Shown here: positions 38,693 to 47,523 of the stretch, piece by piece | Layout: the number at the start of each line of letters is the position of its first letter | How positions within the stretch are numbered: position 1 is the stretch's first letter | Source of the DNA: a virus | Lineage: Duplodnaviria; Caudoviricetes | IMG/VR virus record: IMGVR_UViG_3300023314_000002 | Location: 1 to 53,485 of that record | DNA length: 53,485 nucleotides | Reading direction: 5' to 3' (one strand) | The notes under the pieces: generated by a model | Told to the model about the DNA's origin: nothing | Seen by the model: the letters and a program-made list of their open reading frames with translations, nothing else | Databases searched by the model: none | Program-made: the position numbers and the translations under genes

Positions 38693-38931
38693 AAGTAAAT
38701 AACTTTAGGCTTCTTTCCTGTGTAGTCGGTGACTGGAATCTTATTATTTAGTAACCATCCTCTAACATCAACTATTCCAAATATTTTACCCCAAACGAAT
38801 GCTGTTGATATGATGTTTTTCTTTGCCATAGCTTTTGTTGTAAAGGTTTCTGCTGTATTTAAATTCTTATTGTTATTGGCATCAGTTCTTACGTAGAATT
38901 GACCGTCTTTGCTCCTGTGTAGTTCTATCAT
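38689..38931 (-). CDS. DUF1508/YegP-like protein
   Basis: SKDGQFYVR..A.N...L..AE.FTTK..AK..I pattern. Confidence 0.6.
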   Translation of the reverse strand: MIELHRSKDGQFYVRTDANNNKNLNTAETFTTKAMAKKNIISTAFVWGKIFGIVDVRGWLLNNKIPVTDYTGKKPKVIYL

Positions 38932-39337
38932 TGATTAGTATTTTAAAAAGTAAATAATTATTAATCCTATTGTCATCCATAATATAAAATAACACCCATT
39001 CGGATCAGAACTACCCTTGAATATATTTTTCATAATTTTCCGTTTTTAATTTTCCAATACAGCTCCAATCTCTCTTTAAATTGTGGCTGGCTTATTCTTA
39101 AATTGTGCGTTTCCAAAAACTTTTTCTCATCTATTATGCAGACTCCTGGTGATAGTTGCATTAGTGATTAAATTTTACAGAACGAATATGATGCTGTGAA
39201 TTATTTATAACTTTGGAAGAATCTTTGTCTTTCTTTCGAAGTTTTTCTAACCATTCATTTAATGATGCTCTTGTTTCTTTTTCCAATGCAGCATCTAACC
39301 TACGTTCCAAATCTTTTAAATCTAATGCCATAACTTT

Positions 39338-39685
39338 TTATTTACTACCAAATATAGAATCAATAATACTATCTATATACTCAATTGCATCTTGTATATT
39401 TTCCGGAACGTTTTCATTTGATTCTACAAATTTAACTAAGATTTCCCAATGTTCACGAATACCTGAAAAAGCATTTATCAAATTGGAAAGCCTGTTTTTC
39501 TTTACCAACTCCATCGTATTGAATGCACTTTCAACTGCTTGCGGATTTTTATCATAGAAAGCCAATATTTCTTCTATGTCCTGCGCTTTATTACCTCTTT
39601 TAGATCCACCTAATGTTTTTACAAATCGATTAATAAAAATGATTCTTTTGCTTGCTAAAGCTTCTTTAAATTCTTGTCGTGTCAT
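39338..39685 (-). CDS. Hypothetical protein
   Basis: 115-aa ORF with A-rich leader. Confidence 0.65.
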   Translation of the reverse strand: MTRQEFKEALASKRIIFINRFVKTLGGSKRGNKAQDIEEILAFYDKNPQAVESAFNTMELVKKNRLSNLINAFSGIREHWEILVKFVESNENVPENIQDAIEYIDSIIDSIFGSK

Positions 39686-39838
39686 GTTGTTTGTTTTATT
39701 TGTTTGAGATTATTTTAAATTAATATTACCTTATAATTTAGGCTTTTCCATGCTGCTATTACTTGATACATTGTTTGTTTATTATTATAAGCAGCCCTGT
39801 TAATGTATTTTATACGCTTTTCCTTATTCATTGTTGTT

Positions 39839-40204
39839 TTATTTAGTTATTGTTAGCTCGGTTTGGGTTAGGCTGTGAAATAAGTTCATTAATTGATGCA
39901 CAGATTTTATTTCAATAGAAATGTCTTCTGAGTTAAACTCAAAATAAGGCAAATCTATAACAATTCCTTTTTTAGAATAAGAAGACCATTTGTTGATTTC
40001 ATCATCCGGCAATGGTTTTATTTCTTCAAACCCAAACTTCAAAAGCCATTCCTCTGTTATTGGTATAGGTGATTTTATTATCTCATTTAATTCTAATCTA
40101 TATATGTCTAACAAGTGGAATGACTCTAAGCTCCATTCGAAAGGTTTATCATCAAAACCAATAAACCAATTCCCTAAAACTAAATCTCTGTCTGATATTT
40201 TCAT
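39839..40204 (-). CDS. Hypothetical phage protein, paralog of 23147..23590
   Basis: DLVLGNW, SPIPITEEWLLKFGFE and IKSVHQLMN motifs. Confidence 0.75.
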   Translation of the reverse strand: MKISDRDLVLGNWFIGFDDKPFEWSLESFHLLDIYRLELNEIIKSPIPITEEWLLKFGFEEIKPLPDDEINKWSSYSKKGIVIDLPYFEFNSEDISIEIKSVHQLMNLFHSLTQTELTITK

Positions 40205-40540
40205 AGTATAAATTTAGGCTTTTTATTGATTCGTTTTATTAATTATTTATTCAACTTTAGATACCGATTCCTTTATGCTGCATACCTATGTAGCAACCTG
40301 AAAACCTCTTATTTTATTATCATGCTCACTGTAACACTTCCGACTGCGACCAATTATTATGTATTCAAAGTATCACTACTTTATGGCGGTTTCGTTCACT
40401 TAGATTTTAATATGCAGCACCTGTTGTTAGGATAGAACATTGCAGGATTTTGAATCTCTAAGCGTTTACAAGAACAGTTGTTTTGATGAGTTTAACATCT
40501 ATTGTTTTTAAGGCTAAAGTTCAATACTAAACAACTTTAA

Positions 40541-40682
40541 AAGAGAAATCCTCTCTTACTAAGCACATTCATATTTCTATGAACTTTGACCGAGATAATA
40601 AGAGAGGAAAATTTTATGTAAAAGTAAGATAAATCTTGTTGTTTTCCTATCTCGGTCAAAAGCTTAGGCTTGCACAAATATA
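40541..40682 (-). ncRNA. Candidate structured leader / small RNA (unit 3)
   Basis: TATATTTG at 40682..40675; 13-nt complement 40648..40660 / 40585..40597 with the second half inside stem 40599..40608 / 40549..40558. Confidence 0.55.
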
Positions 40683-40714
40683 ATTATTAAAATTCAATTA
40701 AACAATAGTAAAAT

Positions 40715-40881
40715 GAAAAATCCACCGATTAAAGTGGACTTTTTTTTTGTTATAACGTCTCTTACCTCGTTATTACGCTTGTTCTTGTAAAGAAAATTGG
40801 ACGCTTATAGAAACATAAAAAAATAAAACCCTATGAAAATTTAATATCAATTTCCGTCCAAGCAATTGATATGCAATATTA
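40715..40881 (-). ncRNA. Candidate small RNA (unit 4)
   Basis: TAATATTG at 40881..40874; hairpin 40844..40872 with loop TTGGACG complementary to CGTCCAA at 40803..40797; terminator-like hairpin 40719..40740. Confidence 0.5.
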
Positions 40882-40949
40882 CTAATTATTTTCTATTTGC
40901 GCAATACCTTAAATAAAAATTTCGCTATTTAAGATTTTAATCCGTTTCC

Positions 40950-41192
40950 TTAAACTAAAATCTTTGGCGTTAAATAATCGTCCATGATCGAGCGTGTCGC
41001 ATCTCTTACCTTTAACTCAATTTCAGCTTTTCTAGACTCCGGAACTTTGATTTGAATCTCTAATAATTCCGTTTTCTCTCCATATTTTAAAGGTCTTCCT
41101 GCTCCAGGACGGTAACCACCTCTATTGTCTTTTTTCTTCATTATATCCTGCATTTGCTGTTTTAAAGTCCATATTTCTGATTCTTTTTCCAT
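40950..41192 (-). CDS. Small DNA-binding protein with AT-hook-like RGG..GAGRP motif
   Basis: RGGYRPGAGRP followed by an RHH-like segment. Confidence 0.65.
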   Translation of the reverse strand: MEKESEIWTLKQQMQDIMKKKDNRGGYRPGAGRPLKYGEKTELLEIQIKVPESRKAEIELKVRDATRSIMDDYLTPKILV

Positions 41193-41204
41193 AATATTAT
41201 TTTT

Positions 41205-41912
41205 TTAATAACAATATATATTTTTGCAAGGAGGAAACCAAGATTTCAGCCATACTTTGTGTTCTGATTTTATTTCAGAGGCATGAACATTTTTATAAAT
41301 ATTTCTTAATTTACTTACTACGTTTCTATATCTATCAATATTATTATCAATATCAAAAGACCATTCGGCAACAAGCTTTTTTAATGGAAAATCTAATCTT
41401 TCAAGTATTTCCATTTCTGCGCCCTCTATATCCATTTTACAGCAAGAATCAGAGTTAAGCACTTCTTTAAAATTAACGCAATCTACTTTATAATGTGAAG
41501 ATTTCCAATTCTTTACTATTGAGTTTCTCCATGTGTTGCCATTTATATTTATGTAAAATTCCGTTTCTTTTCTATCATCAAATACTACTGCTTTATTTAT
41601 TATATTAGCATTTAGTCCATTTAACTTTAGATTCATTTCTATCAAATTACAATGTTCTTTGCATGGCTCATAAACATCAACTGTTGAACCTAAACTCGCA
41701 ACCAAAACAGTAAAAGCACCTATATTTCCGCCTAAATCAATCCAATGCTCATTTGAATCTATTTTAAAATACTTTTTTTGGTAAACATTTCTTTCAACCA
41801 CCTCCATAATCGTCTTAATATCAGATGTATTTGGTCTGTAATAAAACTTTAAGTCTGTTCTTTCGCTTTTATAAGTTGGCAATGATGTTGAAAATAAATC
41901 TTTATATGTCAT
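41205..41912 (-). CDS. FkbM-family methyltransferase
   Basis: WIDLGGNIGAF, VYEP and KMDIEGAE motifs; ATGA-coupled to the dioxygenase. Confidence 0.9.
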   Translation of the reverse strand: MTYKDLFSTSLPTYKSERTDLKFYYRPNTSDIKTIMEVVERNVYQKKYFKIDSNEHWIDLGGNIGAFTVLVASLGSTVDVYEPCKEHCNLIEMNLKLNGLNANIINKAVVFDDRKETEFYININGNTWRNSIVKNWKSSHYKVDCVNFKEVLNSDSCCKMDIEGAEMEILERLDFPLKKLVAEWSFDIDNNIDRYRNVVSKLRNIYKNVHASEIKSEHKVWLKSWFPPCKNIYCY

Positions 41913-42796
41913 AATAGTTTCATTTGTCTATCACTATTAATATTCTTAATTTCTTTCTCATATTGTCTATTTCTGGCAATAATAACTTCATCTTCCAAAT
42001 AATTACAACGCCACATTTCAGACAATGAATAATAAACAATAGAATATCTATTTGAATATTCTGTATTATATTTTATTGGAGTCACTCCATGTAATATATC
42101 TTGACCATCAAATATAATACAAGTCCGATCTGCAACCTCAAAACAAATATCATATTCTGGACAACATAAATAGCCTCCATCGCAATCATCTTTAAATACT
42201 ACCATATTTGATAAAACACCTTTAAAGTTTCCAGAATCAAAATGATATTTTAAGGAATTATTTTTATTTACAATACCTGATGTAAAAGGAGTGTTTCCCA
42301 TTATCCAATCTTCTTTAATCTTTAATCTTGTTTTTTTAATATGATTATTGTAAATGTCCGGAAAGTGTTTTCTATATAACTTACTTAATTCTAATCCATA
42401 GGACATTAATTCTTGTTGTGCCGGATTGTTATTTATCCCAATTGCTGACTCTGAACAAAAATCAGCATATAAAGAACCTATTCTTCTTGGTCTATATCCA
42501 AATACCGCACATGATCCGTCTTTTATATTTCCTGTTCCTATTCTATCAGTACTACCTTTCATATGCTTATGAACTGAACTTTTGGTTCTTAATACAGGAT
42601 TATATTTTATTTTTTTGACAAGTTCTAATAATTCAACGTTTGGATTTACTTTACAATATAGTATTTTGGGAATGCCATTTTCATAAACAATACAATCACA
42701 ATCTATGAATACTTTACAGTCTTCTTTTTTAGCTGCCTTATATTGGTAATCACTTAAATTTATCCTTTTCTTTTTTGCTATATCTATTCTCTTCAT
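41909..42796 (-). CDS. TET/JBP-like 2OG-Fe(II) dioxygenase
   Basis: FTSGIVNKN, HFDSGN (HxD), GGYL..PEY, LHGVTP and RYSIVYY motifs. Confidence 0.85.
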   Translation of the reverse strand: MKRIDIAKKKRINLSDYQYKAAKKEDCKVFIDCDCIVYENGIPKILYCKVNPNVELLELVKKIKYNPVLRTKSSVHKHMKGSTDRIGTGNIKDGSCAVFGYRPRRIGSLYADFCSESAIGINNNPAQQELMSYGLELSKLYRKHFPDIYNNHIKKTRLKIKEDWIMGNTPFTSGIVNKNNSLKYHFDSGNFKGVLSNMVVFKDDCDGGYLCCPEYDICFEVADRTCIIFDGQDILHGVTPIKYNTEYSNRYSIVYYSLSEMWRCNYLEDEVIIARNRQYEKEIKNINSDRQMKLL

Positions 42797-42944
42797 AAAA
42801 TTCTAAAATTTTCAAAAATGTCAAAGCATTATCTTTTTTTATGCATAATTCGTTTGAAATTACTTGCATTCTTTTATAAATACTTTCATAATCTTCATTA
42901 TTGAAAATTAACACAATTTGTCTTATATTCTTACTTTTCGGCAT
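42750..42944 (-). CDS. Small hypothetical protein leading the TET/FkbM cassette
   Basis: 64 aa; overlaps the dioxygenase start. Confidence 0.6.
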   Translation of the reverse strand: MPKSKNIRQIVLIFNNEDYESIYKRMQVISNELCIKKDNALTFLKILEFYEENRYSKKEKDKFK

Positions 42945-42975
42945 ATTATTTTAAATTAAAGTTTATAGAATTTAC

Positions 42976-43245
42976 TTAATCCATTGTATCTAATTGGCTT
43001 CCAAATTTTTCAAGAAACTTTATTGCTAAATTTTCATCTTCTTGCATATTCTTCTGAGAAGTAAATACTAACCTGTTGGGTAGATAATTATGCAAGTGTT
43101 CATTGTTATAAATAACTATTTGGTGACCATTTTCGAGAAATATTAAATATTCTCTATTCATTACACTCACTAAAGTAGTAGTAAAGTTACTTTCATCGTC
43201 ATGAGAAAATATAAAATTTCCTTTTGTTTTAATAATGTTTTTCAT
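42976..43245 (-). CDS. Hypothetical protein
   Basis: 89-aa ORF. Confidence 0.65.
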   Translation of the reverse strand: MKNIIKTKGNFIFSHDDESNFTTTLVSVMNREYLIFLENGHQIVIYNNEHLHNYLPNRLVFTSQKNMQEDENLAIKFLEKFGSQLDTMD

Positions 43246-43263
43246 TTTCTTTTTATTTAATGT

Positions 43264-43563
43264 TTATACCATAGCCATGTAAGCCGTTCCTGAATATTTA
43301 GCTTTCAAGGCATCTGTCTTAAAGTCATTAGCAAAAACTTTAGAATTATTTACAAATACTTCACCTAATGCAATTGTTAGTAATTTAGTTGCTGTCTTCT
43401 CGCTTTTAACATTATTTCTAATTAATACATTCATTACGTTTAGCATAAAATCTTTTAAAGTAATACCATTGTAAAATCTTTCTGTTGTCAATTTTGTATG
43501 TTTAACAATAATTATTTCTCTATTTTCAGATAACCATTTTTTTAATTCAAATTGTGCTTTCAT
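43264..43563 (-). CDS. Hypothetical protein
   Basis: 99-aa ORF downstream of a TAATATTG promoter-like motif near 43600. Confidence 0.7.
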   Translation of the reverse strand: MKAQFELKKWLSENREIIIVKHTKLTTERFYNGITLKDFMLNVMNVLIRNNVKSEKTATKLLTIALGEVFVNNSKVFANDFKTDALKAKYSGTAYMAMV

Positions 43564-43681
43564 TTTTGATTTTTTGTTGTTGTGATTAATTCGATATACA
43601 ATATTAATACTTTACTTTTGATTATGCAATAGATTAATCAAAATAAATCACGATATAACATTTTCTTAACATTGTACAACT

Positions 43682-43710
43682 AAAAAAGCCTCACGATATA
43701 CATGAGGCTT
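43682..43710 (-). terminator. Intrinsic terminator ending the late/lysis operon
   Basis: AAGCCTCA-N9-TGAGGCTT followed by T-tract on -. Confidence 0.8.
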
Positions 43711-43730
43711 AATTTTCTGTGTGTGATAGC

Positions 43731-44008
43731 TTAAACTTGTTCGTCGCTTTCCGGAACGTCTTCTGTTTTTTCGTCAACTGTTTTTAATGATTCTTTTAAA
43801 CTTGCAGATAATTCTTTGATTTCTGCGATAGCATCTGAATCGTTTGGCAATGCATCTATTTTGCATCTAAGACATCAATGTCTTTTGAAATTTTAGCAAC
43901 CGTTTCTTTTGATTCGATTAGGTCTTGTTTGATTTGGTCTAAGTCTGCTGACATAAAATATTGTTTTAAGATTATGAATAATAAGAGTGCTAAGATAGTA
44001 ATTTCCAT
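43731..44008 (-). pseudogene. Frameshifted TM plus coiled-coil gene (possibly spanin-like)
   Basis: MEITILALLLFIILKQYFMSADL..DAK then stop; one extra A at 43859..43862 restores a 92-aa ORF. Confidence 0.6.
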
Positions 44009-44020
44009 GTAATAAAGTTA

Positions 44021-44359
44021 CTATTTTTTCTTGAAATATCTCTTTATAGGCTCAAACATTAAATCAAAAATTGAATAATCATCTAACTTGATAAGCAACC
44101 ATTCAAAGAATTTATCTGCTGATATCGCTATTAATGCAATAGCGATAGGATATTTATTTGGTGAAAGATGTTCTTGAAAATAAGGACTAACTATCCATGC
44201 CATGCCAACGCCTGATATAAGCGAAACAATAGCATTTATTAGGTTAAATTTTCTCTTTCTCACGGTGATAGCAATTTTGATTGATACCGCGATAAAAGCA
44301 GGTAACAACAGTGATAATTTAGCAAAAAAAACAGCCAATTCATTTTCAAATTTTTGCAT
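44021..44359 (-). CDS. Holin-like membrane protein
   Basis: Three hydrophobic segments and a basic C-terminus; end of the late operon. Confidence 0.6.
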   Translation of the reverse strand: MQKFENELAVFFAKLSLLLPAFIAVSIKIAITVRKRKFNLINAIVSLISGVGMAWIVSPYFQEHLSPNKYPIAIALIAISADKFFEWLLIKLDDYSIFDLMFEPIKRYFKKK

Positions 44360-44696
44360 TTTTAGGGTAGTTTCGTGTGATAATTATACTTGCAATGAAA
44401 GCCACAACCCCAAATACATATTCATTCCATTGAATAACGTATGGATCGAATAAAAGGTTGTCTAAAATATTGTTAAGCGAAAGAAAAAATAGAAAATAAC
44501 TCGCTCTGATTGTGAATTTTGAACGTGAATAATCTTTTGCATAATTAAGAATTATTAAACAAGCGATACTAATTCCAATTGCAACGCCTCTTGAAAAGAA
44601 TCGCTCAATAAAATTGAATACACTCCAAAGATTATAGGCTGCTAAGAAAGTGGTTATGCAAAGAACTATTAGTATGTCGTATTTTGTAAATTTCAT
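44346..44696 (-). CDS. Multi-pass membrane protein in the lysis region
   Basis: About four hydrophobic segments. Confidence 0.65.
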   Translation of the reverse strand: MKFTKYDILIVLCITTFLAAYNLWSVFNFIERFFSRGVAIGISIACLIILNYAKDYSRSKFTIRASYFLFFLSLNNILDNLLFDPYVIQWNEYVFGVVAFIASIIITRNYPKNAKI

Positions 44697-44715
44697 TATG
44701 CTAATATAATAAAAA

Positions 44716-44976
44716 TTATGGCTTTGGTGGATTGTCTCTGGGGTCTGTCGGCTGTGGTCCTACTAAATTACTATTCAAAGGCTCATTTGTAAAGAATGCC
44801 CTTAATACATAATTACCTACAGCCGTAACTAAGCCTATTGCAGCCGTTATTTTTGCGATAGTATCTGCACTAAAGCCAAATACATCTAATATTGTGGAAT
44901 CAAGTATTGAGCCGATAAAAAGCAACAGCATAATTATATTGAACCATACTGTTTTTGATTGAAGTTGTTTTTTCAT
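44716..44976 (-). CDS. Holin-like two-transmembrane protein
   Basis: SKTVWFN start, two TM segments, N..LR..T..P end. Confidence 0.62.
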   Translation of the reverse strand: MKKQLQSKTVWFNIIMLLLFIGSILDSTILDVFGFSADTIAKITAAIGLVTAVGNYVLRAFFTNEPLNSNLVGPQPTDPRDNPPKP

Positions 44977-45066
44977 TTTGAGTTTTGTTTAAAGATTTAA
45001 AAAAGGGTAACGATATACTTTAGTGTACCTGTTTTATTTTTAGCTAAACGCTAAAACAAAACGAGT

Positions 45067-47523
45067 TTATTTTTTTGGAATCTTTCTTTCTTTCCTTGCG
45101 TCCAATTCAGGCTTACTAAGCATATTTTTAGTAACAGATTTCATATCTATTTTACCTGCTTCGTATTTATTTATCAATTCATTATCTGATAAGCCTTTTT
45201 GTTTAGCATACGGTTTGTTATCTGCCATATTTATTTCTTCACCCCAAATTTTTCTAATTTCTAAATTATTCTTTTTTTCGAGTTCATTGATTTGCTTTTG
45301 AGCTTTTTCAATCTCGTTTTCATTTCTATCCAATTTGTCAACTATTTCCTGTTGAATCTTAATTGGAGGCAACGGTATCGTTATATCTAAAATTTGTTTT
45401 ATAGAGATGTGTTTTACTGTAGTATATGGCGTATGTTCCCATATAATGTTTAATGGCTTTCGTATAATATGAAAGATGTATTCTTTTAGGCAATCCTTGT
45501 AATCATGTATTTTACATATCCTTTGGTTTAGCAACGCATTACCACCCTGCCAAAGAACATGATTAAAATCACCATCCATTCCAATAATTAAATCACCATT
45601 TTTAACAATGTATTCGGGTTTAAATTCACCATTGAATTTAGTTTCAGTTGAATTGGTTTTAATATCTCTAATCCTAATTATTGGATACCCATTTGTAGGG
45701 GAAAAATTATTTGAAGCAAATGGATAACCAGATAAAACCTTAACTACATCTCTTAATTTCACTAACTTGAATTTTACATTATCATAGTTGTATAATTCTT
45801 TATACTGACTTCCAATTAAGGTGTAGTCGTTATTTATTACGTCGTTTATGCTTATTATGCTAAATCCAATACTTAAAGCTTCATTTTGTTCTGTTTCAGG
45901 ATTTCTATTAGAAAGATATTTTTCTAAATCATTTCCACCATCTAACTTTCTTCTATTGTTATCAAGACTATATCCATCATTTTTTACATCAAAGTTCCAA
46001 TAGTGGTCTTTAGTTGATCTTTTATTGACTTTCTTTAGATATATTATGTTTGTTTTTACGCCAGTATATGGTAAGAAAACACCTTGCGGTAAGGAAATTA
46101 TACTTTGAAGTTCACACTTTTCTAATAAATATTTTCTTGTTTTTTTTAAATCTTTTCTGAATAAAAAACCTTCAGGTACTACAATCGCAATTCTACCGTT
46201 TTCAGATGTCTTATCAACAGCTTTTATACAATGTTGCACACATATACTATCTCCATTTTTTGTTGGTATATCATATAAGCTACCAAATTCTGTAGTCTGT
46301 GAATAAGGCATATTAGTTATTACAATATCATATTTGCCGTCTATTGGGTCTTCTAAGCTATTTTTCATTTGAATATTACTATGACCATCGCCAGCCAAAA
46401 TCATATTCATCTTTGTTATCCTTGCGGTGTTTGTAATTTCGTTTCCAAAAATAGTATTCTCCCTTAGCTGTTTTAATGTTCTTTCATTTCTTGGCATAGT
46501 ATTATATATGTGCCTGAAACTTTCTATTAATAAACCGCCTGTTCCACAAAAGGGGTCGTAAATTTTTTCACCAATCTGAGGGTTTACAAGTTTGACCATC
46601 ATTTTTACGATATGTCTTGGTGTAAAATATTCGCCTAAGTCATTACCAGTTGCTGTTGTCGCTCTTAAAAAATATTCAAATGCATCACCTTTAATATCAG
46701 AATTTATATCTGTAAGAATCAATGGGTCTAATTTATCAATGATACTTTTTAATACCCTACCGTCTTTTATTTGAAGTTTACTAAAAATATTCTCATCATT
46801 GTAATGTTTACTTATTTCAGGTAAAACAATAGCATTGATATAATTCAAAATCTCATCTGATGGCATTCCTTTATAAAAATCCCATTTGTACTTCCTATTA
46901 AATTCAGGTGCATCTTTTAGGTTATCAATTTCACTAAATAATTTAAGAAATAATATATTTGAAAATTCACTAAATCTTTCAATCCCTGCCCTTAATCCTT
47001 CAACCCTTAAAGTATTATTTGCTTCTTCAAATATATTTATTAGTTCTTGCCTTGAAAGTTGTATCTGTTTGGGTATTGTATCTAATTCATTTGTACCAAC
47101 CTCTAAATACTTTATTGCAATTAATTCTCTTATAAGTTCATCAACTTCCTCGCCATTTAATAATAATGGTTTAAGGGTTCCTGTATGTAGGCTTTTGTAA
47201 TAAACTCCATCAGTTGCAAATACTATAGGTATATTTAAGGTTTCAGCATATAGCTTTCCTTGATGTAAAGCAGAATCAATATTAGATCCTTTTTTCTTCG
47301 TTTCAATTATTATTAATGGAGTGTCTTTCCCTTTTTCGTATAGAACATAATCAGGTCTTTTGCCTTTTAGTTTCTTTTTTTCGGTAACTGTTTTCGGTTG
47401 TTCAAAATAGACATTTTGATTTTTTCCATTAAATTCCCACCCCAAGTTTTTCAACCTTTCATCTACCTGTATTCTAACATCTGTTTCTAAAGGAAAATTT
47501 ACCATGCTATCATTAGTTTGCAA
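45067..47523 (-). CDS. Single-chain restriction-modification enzyme (Type IIG-like: HsdR_N nuclease, N6-adenine MTase, one HsdS-type TRD)
   Basis: RPDYVL..IIETKK; GEYFTPRH, YDPFCGTGG, NMPY; ALLNQR and IPLPP..IQQEIV motifs. Confidence 0.9.
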   Translation of the reverse strand: MQTNDSMVNFPLETDVRIQVDERLKNLGWEFNGKNQNVYFEQPKTVTEKKKLKGKRPDYVLYEKGKDTPLIIIETKKKGSNIDSALHQGKLYAETLNIPIVFATDGVYYKSLHTGTLKPLLLNGEEVDELIRELIAIKYLEVGTNELDTIPKQIQLSRQELINIFEEANNTLRVEGLRAGIERFSEFSNILFLKLFSEIDNLKDAPEFNRKYKWDFYKGMPSDEILNYINAIVLPEISKHYNDENIFSKLQIKDGRVLKSIIDKLDPLILTDINSDIKGDAFEYFLRATTATGNDLGEYFTPRHIVKMMVKLVNPQIGEKIYDPFCGTGGLLIESFRHIYNTMPRNERTLKQLRENTIFGNEITNTARITKMNMILAGDGHSNIQMKNSLEDPIDGKYDIVITNMPYSQTTEFGSLYDIPTKNGDSICVQHCIKAVDKTSENGRIAIVVPEGFLFRKDLKKTRKYLLEKCELQSIISLPQGVFLPYTGVKTNIIYLKKVNKRSTKDHYWNFDVKNDGYSLDNNRRKLDGGNDLEKYLSNRNPETEQNEALSIGFSIISINDVINNDYTLIGSQYKELYNYDNVKFKLVKLRDVVKVLSGYPFASNNFSPTNGYPIIRIRDIKTNSTETKFNGEFKPEYIVKNGDLIIGMDGDFNHVLWQGGNALLNQRICKIHDYKDCLKEYIFHIIRKPLNIIWEHTPYTTVKHISIKQILDITIPLPPIKIQQEIVDKLDRNENEIEKAQKQINELEKKNNLEIRKIWGEEINMADNKPYAKQKGLSDNELINKYEAGKIDMKSVTKNMLSKPELDARKERKIPKK

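Noticed and set aside
40226-40435. 69-aa plus-strand ORF in the non-coding island
   Set aside because: TTG start, against local gene orientation, no motif; the region is better explained as structured RNA
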